This document shows, one piece after another, positions 52,477-64,000 of a DNA stretch of 64,000 nt. Position numbers and translations under genes: made by a program. Source of the stretch: the human T2T-CHM13v2.0 reference genome, Homo sapiens. Position 1 is the first letter of the stretch, and each line of letters begins with the position of its first letter. The notes beneath the pieces were generated by a model, which searched no databases, was not told the DNA's origin, and worked only from the letters and a program-made list of their open reading frames with translations. The stretch lies in the NCBI RefSeq assembly GCF_009914755.1, contig NC_060948.1; one strand, given 5' to 3'.

Positions 52477-55400
52477 TGGACTAGAGTGAAATGGAATCGA
52501 ACCACAAGGAATGGACAGGAATAGAATGGTCTCGAATTGAATGGAATCGTATGGAATGGCATCAAACGGAATGGAATGGACAGCCACGGAATGGAATGCA
52601 CTCGAATGCAATGGAGTCGAAACTAATGGACTGGAATAGAATGGACTCGACTGGTACGTACTCCAATGGAATGGAATCGAATGGAAGGGAATCGAACGGA
52701 ATGGACTCGAAGGGAAAAGACTGCAATGGAAAGGTCTCGAATGGAATGGAAATTAATGGAATGGAATGGAATCGAATGAAAAGGAGTCAAAAGGAATGGA
52801 ATCGAATGGCAAGAAATCGAATGTAATGGAATCGCAAGGAATTGATGTGAACGGAACGGAATGGAATGGAATCCAAAGGAATGGAATAGAATGGAATGGA
52901 ATCGAATGGAAAGGACTCGAATGGAAATCACTCGAATAGAATGCAATTTAATAAAATAGGATCAAATGTAATGGAATGGAATGGAAAGGAATCGAAACGA
53001 AAGGAATGGAGACAGATGGAATGGAATGGAACAGAGAGCAATGGTATAGAATGGAATGGAATCATCTGGAATGGAATTGAATGGAATGGAATAATATGAA
53101 ATGGAATGGAATGGAATGGAATGGAATGCCCTTGAATTAAATGGACTGGAATGGAATGGACTCGAACAGAGTGGAATGGAAAGTGTTGAGATAGAATGGA
53201 ATGGACTCCTTTGGAATGGTGTAGTATGCAATGCAATCGACTGGCAGGGAATCAAAAGGAATGTAATGGAATGGATTGGACTGGAATGCAATGGACTCGA
53301 ATAGATTGGAAACGGAATGCAAAGGAATGGAATGGAATAGTATGGAATGGAGTGGAAAGGAATGGAGTGGAATAGACTAGAGTGGAATGGAATGGACTGG
53401 AAAGCAATGGACTGGAATGGAACTTTCTTGAATGGACTGGAATCAAACGGAATGGAATGCAATGCAATCAAATGGCATGGAATAAAATAGAATGAAAGAG
53501 AATCAAATGGAATTGAATCGAATGGAATCGAATGGATTGGAAAGGAATAGAATGGAATGGAATGGAATTGACTCAAATGGAATGGACTAGAATGGAATGG
53601 ATTCGAATGGAAGGCAAAGGAATGGAATCTATTGGAATGGACTGTAATGGAATGGAATGGAAGGGATTGGAATGGACTCGAATGGAATGGACTGCAATAG
53701 AAAGGATTCGAATGGAATGAAAAAGAATTGAATGGAATAGAACAGAATGGAATCAAATCGAATGAAATGGAATGGAATAGAAAGGAATGGAATGAAATGG
53801 AATGGAAAGGATTCGAATGGAATGCAATCGAATGGAATGGAATCGAACGGAATGGAATAAAATGGAAGAAAACTGGCAAGAAATGGAATCGAAATGAATG
53901 GAGTGTTATGGAACGGACTCAAAAGGAATTGAATGTAATAGAATGGAGTGGAGTGGACTCGAATATAATGGACTGGAATGGAATGAAATCACATGGAATG
54001 GGAACGAATGGAATGGAATGGAAAGGAATGGAATCGAATGGAAAGGAATCGAATGGAAGGGAATGAAATTGAATCAACAGGAATGGAAGGGAATAGAATA
54101 GACGGTAATGGAATGGACTCGAATAGAATGGACACGAATGCTCAAATTGAATGGACTCGAATGGAATGGAAACGAAAGGAATGTCATCGAATGGAATTGA
54201 ATCGATTGGAATGAAATCGCATAGAATGGAGTGGAATCAAATGGAATTGAATCGAAAGGAAAGGAAGCGAATGGACTGAAATGAAATGGAATGGAATTGA
54301 ATGGAAAGTAATGCAATGGAATAGAATGGAACGAAATTTCACGGAATGGAATCAAACTGAATGGAATCAAATCAATGGAATCTAATCAAAGGAATGGAAA
54401 GGAATTGAATGGAGTAGATTGGATTGGATGGGATTGGAATGAAATGTACTGGAAAGGACTCGAATTTCATGAAACGGAATGGAATGAATTGGAACGGAAT
54501 GGACTCGAATGGAATGGAATGTCATGGAATGGCATCAAATGGAATGGCATCAAATGGAATGGAATCGAATGCAATGGAATGCTATGGAATGGAATGGAAT
54601 GCATTGGAATGGAATGTCCTCTAATGGAATGGATTCGAGTGGAATGGAATCGAATATAATGGAGTCGAATGAAATGGAATTGAAAGGAATGGGATCGAAT
54701 TCAATGGAATATACTGCAATGTAATGTAATGAACTCGAATGTAATTGACTGGAATGGAATGTACATGAATGGAATGTAATCGAATGGAAAGTAATCCAAT
54801 GGAATAGAATCTAATGCAATAAAATCGACTCAGATAGAGTAGAATGTAAAGGAATGGAGTGCAGTGCAATGGAATGGAATGGAATGGAATGCAATGGAAT
54901 GGAATGGAATGGAATGGAATGGAATGGAATGGAATGGAATGGAATGGGATGGAATGGTATGGAATGGATAGTAATGGACTGGAGTGAAACGGACTGGAAA
55001 GGAATGGACTCAAATTGAAAGGGCTCGAAAGGAATGCAGTCAAATGCAATGGTCTGGAATGGAATGAACACGAATGTATTGCAATCCAATAGAATGGAAT
55101 CGAATGGCATGGAATATAAAGAAATGGAATCGAAGAGAATGGAAACAAATGGAATGGAATTGAATGGAATGGGAACGAATGGAATGAAATTGTATGCAGT
55201 AGAAGAGAATAGAATGGAATGCAAGCGAAAGGAAAGGAATGGATTGGAATGGAATGGAATTCATTGGAATGCAAGGGAATGTAGTGTAATGGACAGGCCT
55301 GGAATAAAGTGGAATGCTACGGTCTCGAATGGAATAAAAATGTATGGAATGGAATGCAATGAAACGGAATCGAATGTCATAGAATGTAATGGAATGCAAA

Positions 55401-56034
55401 AAAATGGAATCCAAAATCATTGACTGGAAAGGCTGGGTGTCGAAAGGAATTGACTCCAATGGAATGGAATCAAATGGAATGGAAGTGAATAGAATCGAAC
55501 TAAATCGAATGGAATGGAATTGATAGGAACGGAATGGAAAGGAATGCAATGATTTGGCATGGAATGGAATCGAATGGCATCGAATGGAATGGAATGGAAT
55601 GCAATGGAATGGAATGTATTAGAATGTAATGAACTTTAATGGAATGTACTCGAATGGATTCGACTGGAATGGAATGTTCTGGAAGTGAATGGACTCCAAT
55701 GGAATGGATTCAAAAGGAATGGAATCGTACGGAATGGAATCTAATGGAATGGAATTAAATGGAAATGAATCAAATTGAATAGCACGGAATTGAATTGAAT
55801 GGAATGGAATGCAATGGAATCTAATGAAACGGAAAGGAAAGGAATGGAATGGAATGGAATGGGCTGGAATGGAAAGGAATCGAAACGAATGGAATGGAAT
55901 CGAACTGAAGAGACTGGAATGGAATGCACTGGAATGGAAGGGAGTGTAATGGAAGGTTCTCGAAAAAAATGGAATCGAATGGAATGGAATTGAATGGAAC
56001 GGAATAGAGTCGAATGGAATTGAATGGAATGGAA
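52477..56034 (+). repeat. DYZ1 unit 16 (3558 bp; C-type, apparently identical to unit 13)
   Basis: Marker spacing 52491 to 56049; extra GAATTC at 54697; ORF translations match those of unit 13. Confidence 0.93.
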
Positions 56035-59000
56035 TGGACTAGAGTGAAATGGAATCGAACCACAAGGAATGGACAGGAATAGAATGGTCTCGAATTGAAT
56101 GGAATCGTATGGAATGGCATCAAACGGAATGGAATGGACAGCCACGGAATGGAATGCACTCGAATGCAATGGAGTCGAAACTAATGGACTGGAATAGAAT
56201 GGACTCGACTGGTACGTACTCCAATGGAATGGAATCGAATGGAAGGGAATCGAACGGAATGGACTCGAAGGGAAAAGACTGCAATGGAAAGGTCTCGAAT
56301 GGAATGGAAATTAATGGAATGGAATGGAATCGAATGAAAAGGAGTCAAAAGGAATGGAATCGAATGGCAAGAAATCGAATGTAATGGAATCGCAAGGAAT
56401 TGATGTGAACGGAACGGAATGGAATGGAATCCAAAGGAATGGAATAGAATGGAATGGAATCGAATGGAAAGGACTCGAATGGAAATCACTCGAATAGAAT
56501 GCAATTTAATAAAATAGGATCAAATGTAATGGAATGGAATGGAAAGGAATCGAAACGAAAGGAATGGAGACAGATGGAATGGAATGGAACAGAGAGCAAT
56601 GGTATAGAATGGAATGGAATCATCTGGAATGGAATTGAATGGAATGGAATAATATGAAATGGAATGGAATGGAATGGAATGGAATGCCCTTGAATTAAAT
56701 GGACTGGAATGGAATGGACTCGAACAGAGTGGAATGGAAAGTGTTGAGATAGAATGGAATGGACTCCTTTGGAATGGTGTAGTATGCAATGCAATCGACT
56801 GGCAGGGAATCAAAAGGAATGTAATGGAATGGATTGGACTGGAATGCAATGGACTCGAATAGATTGGAAACGGAATGCAAAGGAATGGAATGGAATAGTA
56901 TGGAATGGAATGGAAAGGAATGGAGTGGAATAGACTAGAGTGGAATGGAATGGACTGGAAAGCAATGGACTGGAATGGAACTTTCTTGAATGGACTGGAA
57001 TCAAACGGAATGGAATGCAATGCAATCAAATGGCATGGAATAAAATAGAATGAAAGAGAATCAAATGGAATTGAATCGAATGGAATCGAATGGATTGGAA
57101 AGGAATAGAATGGAATGGAATGGAATTGACTCAAATGGAATGGACTAGAATGGAATGGATTCGAATGGAAGGCAAAGGAATGGAATCTATTGGAATGGAC
57201 TGTAATGGAATGGAATGGAAGGGATTGGAATGGACTCGAATGGAATGGACTGCAATAGAAAGGATTCGAATGGAATGAAAAAGAATTGAATGGAATAGAA
57301 CAGAATGGAATCAAATCGAATGAAATGGAATGGAATAGAAAGGAATGGAATGAAATGGAATGGAAAGGATTCGAATGGAATGCAATCGAATGGAATGGAA
57401 TCGAACGGAATGGAATAAAATGGAAGAAAACTGGCAAGAAATGGAATCGAAATGAATGGAGTGTTATGGAACGGACTCAAAAGGAATTGAATGTAATAGA
57501 ATGGAGTGGAGTGGACTCGAATATAATGGACTGGAATGGAATGAAATCACATGGAATGGGAACGAATGGAATGGAATGGAAAGGAATGGAATCGAATGGA
57601 AAGGAATCGAATGGAAGGGAATGCAATTGAATCAACAGGAATGGAAGAGAATAGAATAGACGGTAATGGAATGGACTCGAATAGAATGGACACGAATGCT
57701 CAAATTGAATGGACTCGAATGGAATGGAAACGAAAGGAATGTCATCGAATGGAATTGAATGGATTGGAATGAAATCGCATAGAATGGAGTGGAATCAAAT
57801 GGAATTGAATCGAAAGGAAAGGAAGCGAATGGACTGAAATGAAATGGAATGGAATTGAATGGAAAGTAATGCAATGGAATAGAATGGAACGAAATTTCAC
57901 GGAATGGAATCAAACTGAATGGAATCAAATCAATGGAATCAAATCAAATGGAATGGAAAGGAATTGAATGGAGTAGATTGGATTGGATGGGATTGGAATG
58001 AAATGTACTGGAAAGGACTCGAATTTCATGAAACGGAATGGAATGAATTAGAACGGAATGGACTCGAATGGAATGGAATGTCATGGAATGGCATCAAATG
58101 GAATGGAATAGAATGCAATGGAATGCTAAGGAATGGAATGGAATGCATTGGAATGGAATGTCCTCTAATGGAATGGATTCGAGTGGAATGGAATGGAATA
58201 TAATGGAGTCGAATGAAATGGAATTGGAAGGAATGGGATCGAATACAATGGAATATACTGGAATGTAATGTAATGAACTCGAATGTAATTGACTGGAATG
58301 GAATGTACATGAATGGAATGTAATCGAATGGAAAGTAATCCAATGGAATAGAATCTAATGCAATAAAATCGACTCAGATAGAGTAGAATGTAATGGAATG
58401 GAGTGCAGTGCAATGGAATGGAATGCAATGGAATGCAATGGAATGGAATGGAATGGAATGGAATGGAATGGAATGGGATGGAATGGTATGGAATGGATAG
58501 TAATGGACTGGAGTGAAATGGACTGGAAAGGAATGGACTCAAATTGAAAGGGCTCGAAAGGAATAGAGACAAATGGAATGGTCTGGAATGGAATGAACAC
58601 GAATGTAATGCAATCCAATAGAATGGAATCGAATGGCATGGAATATAAAGAAATGTAATCGAAGAGAATGGAAACAAATGGAATGGAATTGAATGGAATG
58701 GAATTGAATGGAATGGGAACGAATGGAGTGAAATTGTATGCAGTAGAAGAGAATAGAATGGAATGCAAGCGAAAGGAAAGGAATGGATTAGAATGGAATG
58801 GAATTCATTGGAATGGAAGGGAATGTAGTGTAATGGACAGGCCTGGAATAAAGTGGAATGCTACGGTCTCGAATGGAATAAAAATGTATGGAATGGAATG
58901 CAATGAAACGGAATCGAATGTCATAGAATGTAATGGAATGCAAAAAAATGGAATCCAAAATCATTGACTGGAAAGGCTGGGTGTCGAAAGGAATTGACTC

Positions 59001-59578
59001 CAATGGAATGGAATCGAATGGAATGGAAGTGAATAGAATCGAACTAAATCGAATGGAATGGAATTGATAGGAACGGAATGGAAAGGAATGCAATGATTTG
59101 GCATGGAATGGAATCGAATGGCATCGAATGGAATGGAATGGAATGCAATGGAATGGAATGTATTAGAATGTAATGAACTTTAATGGAATGTACTCGAATG
59201 GATTCGACTGGAATGGAATGTTCTGGAAGTGAATGGACTCCAATGGAATGGATTCAAAAGGAATGGAATCGTACGGAATGGAATCCAATGGGATGGAATT
59301 AAATGGAAATGAATCAAATTGAATAGCATGGAATTGAATTGAATGGAATGGAATGCAATGGAATCTAATGAAACGGAAAGGAAAGGAATGGAATGGAATG
59401 GAATGGGCTGGAATGGAAAGGAATCGAAACGAATGGAATGGAATCGAACTGAAGAGACTGGAATGGAATGCACTGGAATGGAAGGGAGTGTAATGGAAGG
59501 TTCTCGAAAAAAATGGAATCGAATGGAATGGAATTGAATGGAACGGAATAGAGTCGAATGGAATTGAATGGAATGGAA
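56035..59578 (+). repeat. DYZ1 unit 17 (3544 bp; C-type start, diverged from ~57620)
   Basis: Marker spacing 56049 to 59593; loses one GGCATCAAATGGAAT 15-mer near 58095. Confidence 0.93.
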
Positions 59579-62500
59579 TGGACTAGAGTGAAATGGAATC
59601 GAACCACAAGGAATGGACAGGAATAGAATGGTCTCGAATTGAATGGGATCGTATGGAATGGCATCAAACGGAATGGAATGGACAGCCACGGAATGGAATG
59701 CACTCGAATGCAATGGAGTCGAAACTAATGGACTGGAATAGAATGGACTCGACTGGTACGGACTCCAATGGAATGGAATCGAATGGAAGGGAATCGAACG
59801 GAATGGACTCGAAGGGAAAAGACTGCAATGGAAAGGTCTCGAATGGAATGGAAATTAATGGAATGGAATGGAATCGAATGAAATGGAGTCAAAAGGAATG
59901 GAATCGAATGGCAAGAAATCGAATGTAATGGAATCGCAAGGAATTGATGTGAACGGAACGGAATGGAATGGAATCCAAAGGAATGGAATAGAATGGAATG
60001 GAATCGAATGGAAAGGACTCGAATGGAAATCACTGGAATAGAATGCAATTTAATAAAATAGGATCAAATGTAATGGAATGGAATGGAAAGGAATCGAAAT
60101 GAAAGGAATGGAGACAGATGGAATGGAATGGAACAGAGAGCAATGGTATAGAATGGAATGGAATCATCTGGAATGGAATTGAATGGAATGGAATAATATG
60201 AAATGGAATGGAATGGAATGGAATGGAATGCCCTTGAATTAAATGGACTGGACTCGAACAGAGTGGAATGGAAAGTGTTGAGATAGAATGGAATGGACTC
60301 CTTTGGAATGGTGTAGTATGCAATGCAATCGACTGGCATGGAATCAAAAGGAATGTAATGGAATGGATTGGACTGGAATGCAATGGACTCGAATAGATTG
60401 CAAACGGAATGCAAAGGAATGGAATGGAATAGTATGGAATGGAATGGAAAGGAATGGAGTGGAATAGACTAGAGTGGAATGGAATGGACTGGAAAGCAAT
60501 GGACTGGAATGGAACTTTCTTGAATGGACTGGAATCAAACGGAATGGAATGCAATGCAATCAAATGGCATGGAATAAAATAGAATGAAAGAGAATCAAAT
60601 GGAATTGAATCGAATGGAATCGAATGGATTGGAAAGGAATAGAATGGAATGGAATGGAATTGACTCAAATGGAATGGACTAGAATGGAATGGATTCGAAT
60701 GGAAGGCAAAGGAATGGAATCTATTGGAATGGACTGTAATGGAATGGAATGGAAGGGATTGGAATGGACTCGAATGGAATGGACTGCAATAGAAAGGATT
60801 CGAATGGAATGAAAAAGAATTGAATGGAATAGAACAGAATGGAATCAAATCGAATGAAATGGAATGGAATAGAAAGGAATGGAATGAAATGGAATGGAAA
60901 GGATTCGAATGGAATGCAATCGAATGTAATGGAATCGAACGGAATGGAATAAAATGGAAGAAAACAGGCAAGAAATGGAATCGAAAGGAATGGAGTGTTA
61001 TGGAACGGACTCAAAAGGAATTGAATGTAATAGAATGGAGTGGAGTGGACTCGAATATAATGGACTGGAATGGAATGAAATCACATGGAATGGGAACGAA
61101 TGGAATGGAATGGAAAGGAATGGAATCGAATGGAAAGGAATCGAATGGAAGGGAATGAAATTGAATCAACAGGAATGGAAGGGAATAGAATAGACGGTAA
61201 TGGAATGGACTCGAATAGAATGGACACGAATGCTCAAATTGAATGGACTCGAATGGAATGGAAACGAAAGGAATGTCATCGAATGGAATTGAATGGATTG
61301 GAATGAAATCGCATAGAATGGAGTGGAATCAAATAGAATTGAATCGAAAGGAAAGGAAGCGAATGGACTGAAATGAAATGGAATGGAATTGAATGGAAAG
61401 TAATGCAATGGAATAGAATGGAACGAAATTTCACGGAATGGAATCAAACTGAATGGAATCAAATCAATGGAATCAAATCAAATGGAATGGAAAGGAATTG
61501 AATGGAGTAGATTGGATTGGATGGGATTGGAATGAAATGTACTGGAAAGGACTCGAATTTCATGAAACGGAATGGAATGAATTGGAACGGAATGGACTCG
61601 AATGGAATGGAATGTCATGGAATGGCATCAAATGGAATGGCATCAAATGGAATGGAATCGAATGCAATGGAATGCTATGGAATGGAATGGAATGCATTGG
61701 AATGGAATGTCCTCTAATGGAATGGATTCGAGTGGAATGGAATCGAATATAATGGAGTCGAATGAAATGGAATTGAAAGGAATGGGATCGAATACAATGG
61801 AATATACTGGAATGTAATGTAATGAACTCGAATGTAATTGACTGGAATGGAATATACATGAATGGAATGTAATCGAATGGAAAGTAATCCAATGGAATAG
61901 AATCTAATGCAATAAAATCGACTCAGATAGAGTAGAATGTAATGGAATGGAGTGCAGTGCAATGCAATGGAATGGAATGGAATGCAATGGAATGGAATGG
62001 AATGGAATGGAATGGAATGGGATGGAATGGTATGGAATGGATAGTAGTGGACTGGAGTGAAATGGACTGGAAAGGAATGGACTCAAATTGAAAGGGCTCG
62101 AAAGGAATGGAGTCAAATGGAATGGTCTGGAATGGAATGAACACGAATGTAATGCAATCCAATAGAATGGAATCGAATGGCATGGAATATAAAGAAATGG
62201 AATCGAAGAGAATGGAAACAAATGGAATGGAATTGAATGGAATGGAATTGAATGGAATGGGAACGAATGGAGTGAAATTGTATGCAGTAGAAGGGAATAG
62301 AATGGAATGCAAGCGAAAGGAAAGGAATGGATTGGAATGGAATGGAATTCATTGGAATGGAAGGGAATGTAGTGTAATGGACAGGCCTGGAATAAAGTGG
62401 AATGCTACGGTCTCGAATGGAATAAAAATGTATGGAATGGAATGCAATGAAACGGAATCGAATGTCATAAAATGTAATGGAATGCAAAAAAATGGAATCC

Positions 62501-63122
62501 AAAATCATTGACTGGAAAGGCTGGGTGTCGAAAGGAATTGACTCCAATGGAATGGAATCGAATGGAGTGGAAGTGAATAGAATCGAACTAAATCGAATGG
62601 AATGGAATTGATAGGAACGGAATGGAAAGGAATGCAATGATTTGGCACGGAATGGAATCGAATGGCATCGAATGGAATGGAATGGAATGCAATGGAATGG
62701 AACGTATTAGAATGTAATGAACTTTAATGGAATGTACTCGAATGGATTCGACTGGAATGGAATGTTCTGGAAGTGAATGGACTCCAATGGAATGGATTCA
62801 AAAGGAATGGAATCGTACGGAATGGAATCTAATGGAATGGAATTAAATGGAAATGAATCAAATTGAATAGCATGGAATTGAATTGAATGGAATCGAATGC
62901 AATGGAATCTAATGAAACGGAAAGGAAAGGAATGGAATGGAATGGAATGGGCTGGAATGGAAAGGAATCGAAACGAATGGAATGGAATCGAACTGAAGAG
63001 ACTGGAATGGAATGCACTGGAATGGAAGGGAGTGTAATGGAAGGTTCTCGAAAAAAATGGAATCGAATGGAATGGAATTGAATGGAACGGAATAGAGTCG
63101 AATGGAATTGAATGGAATGGAA
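59579..63122 (+). repeat. DYZ1 unit 18 (3544 bp)
   Basis: Marker spacing 59593 to 63137; 15-bp deletion near 60250. Confidence 0.93.
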
Positions 63123-64000
63123 TGGACTAGAGTGAAATGGAATCGAACCACAAGGAATGGACAGGAATAGAATGGTCTCGAATTGAATGGAATCGTATGG
63201 AATGGCATCAAACGGAATGGAATGGACAGCCACGGAATGGAATGCACTCGAATGCAATGGAGTCGAAACTAATGGACTGGAATAGAATGGACTCGACTGG
63301 TACGGACTCCAATGGAATGGAATCGAATGGAAGGGAATCGAACGGAATGGACTCGAAGGGAAAAGACTGCAATGGAAAGGTCTCGAATGGAATGGAAATA
63401 AATGGAATGGAATGGAATCGAATGAAATGGAGTCAAAAGGAATGGAATCGAATGGCAAGAAATCGAATGTAATGGAATCGCAAGGAATTGATGTGAACGG
63501 AACGGAATGGAATGGAATCCAAAGGAATGGAATAGAATGGAATGGAATCGAATGGAAAGGACTCGAATGGAAATCACTCGAATAGAATGCAATTTAATAA
63601 AATAGGACCAAATGTAATGGAATGGAATGGAAAGGAATCGAAACGGAAGGAATGGAGACAGATGGAATGGAATGGAACAGAGAGCAATGGTATAGAATGG
63701 AATGGAATCATCTGGAATGGAATGGAATGGAATGGAATGAAATGCCCTTGAATTAAATGGACTGGAATGGAATGGACTCGAACAGAGTGGAATGGAAAGT
63801 GTTGAGATAGAATGGAATGGACTCTTTTGGAATGGTCTAGTATGCAATGCAATCGACTGGCAGGGAATCAAAAGGAATGTAATCGAATGGATTGGACTGG
63901 AATGCAATGGACTCGAATAGATTGCAAACGGAATGCAAAGGAATGGAATGGAATAGTATGGAATGGAATGGAAAGGAATGGAGTGGAATAGACTAGAGTG
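63123..64000 (+). repeat. DYZ1 unit 19 (partial, cut by window end)
   Basis: Marker at 63137; 30 bp shorter than unit 1 upstream of GCCCTTG (63744). Confidence 0.92.

Larger units (their letters stand above)
1..64000 (+). repeat. DYZ1: Human Satellite III (HSat3) array, DYZ1 family (Yq12 heterochromatin); (GGAAT)n on + strand, ~3.56-kb higher-order unit
   Basis: Seen: near-continuous GGAAT pentamers with variants (CGAAT, GGACT, GCAAT, TGAAT). Unique landmarks such as CGAACCACAAGG, GGCTGGGTGTCG and GACAGGCCTGG recur about every 3.56 kb, and the first period is exactly 3564 bp. Known: DYZ1 is a 3564-bp pentamer-based unit released by HaeIII/EcoRI. HSat3 identity is near certain; the Y assignment rests on unit length and site pattern. 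Confidence 0.95.

Noticed and set aside
15-63907. Hundreds of 60-318 aa ORFs on both strands (MEWNG.../FHSIP...), including a ~300-aa minus-strand ORF in most units
   Set aside because: Pure (GGAAT)n and (ATTCC)n contain no stop codon in any frame, so long ORFs are expected. The products are 5-residue periodic with no domain, and they change frame freely with 5- and 10-bp tract changes.
1-64000. CRISPR-like or other repeat-spacer system
   Set aside because: There is no constant repeat alternating with unique spacers. All 'unique' words recur every ~3.56 kb, and there are no associated genes.
1-64000. HSat2, alpha satellite, telomeric repeat, or DYZ2/Alu/L1 insertion
   Set aside because: There is no CATTCGATTC-dominated ~26-bp pattern, no 171-bp monomer, no TTAGGG tract and no AT-rich or Alu-like segment. 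The pentamer lattice and its orientation are unbroken.
1-64000. Abundant TCGA/CpG sites suggesting a CpG island
   Set aside because: They come from the common CGAAT pentamer variant in an AT-rich satellite, an ordinary HSat3 property.

Overview
The whole window is one uninterrupted, single-orientation tandem array of a ~3.56-kb unit built from diverged (GGAAT)n/(CATTC)n pentamers. This is human Satellite III. The first unit is exactly 3564 bp and carries one HaeIII (GGCC) and one EcoRI (GAATTC) site, which matches the DYZ1 repeat of Y-chromosome Yq12 heterochromatin. There are 18 complete units and a partial 19th. Measured from TGGACTAGAGTG, the lengths are 3564, 3578, 3563, 3554, 3549, 2629, 3593, 3559, 3538, 3549, 3563, 3548, 3558, 3573, 3558, 3558, 3544 and 3544. 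I see no genes, RNA genes, transposons, CRISPR arrays or DYZ2/Alu inserts. All listed ORFs (MEWNG/FHSIP repeats) are translation artefacts of the pentamer. I found no previously undescribed gene system. The items worth a second look are: (i) three perfect nGAAnnTTCnnGAAn heat-shock elements per unit; (ii) a 945-bp deleted, mosaic unit; (iii) a young homogeneous subfamily with a new EcoRI site and a ~10.7-kb three-unit super-period; (iv) variant haplotype patches shared between non-adjacent units; and (v) a strong bias to 15-bp indels. All unit comparisons were made by eye and need confirming by alignment.
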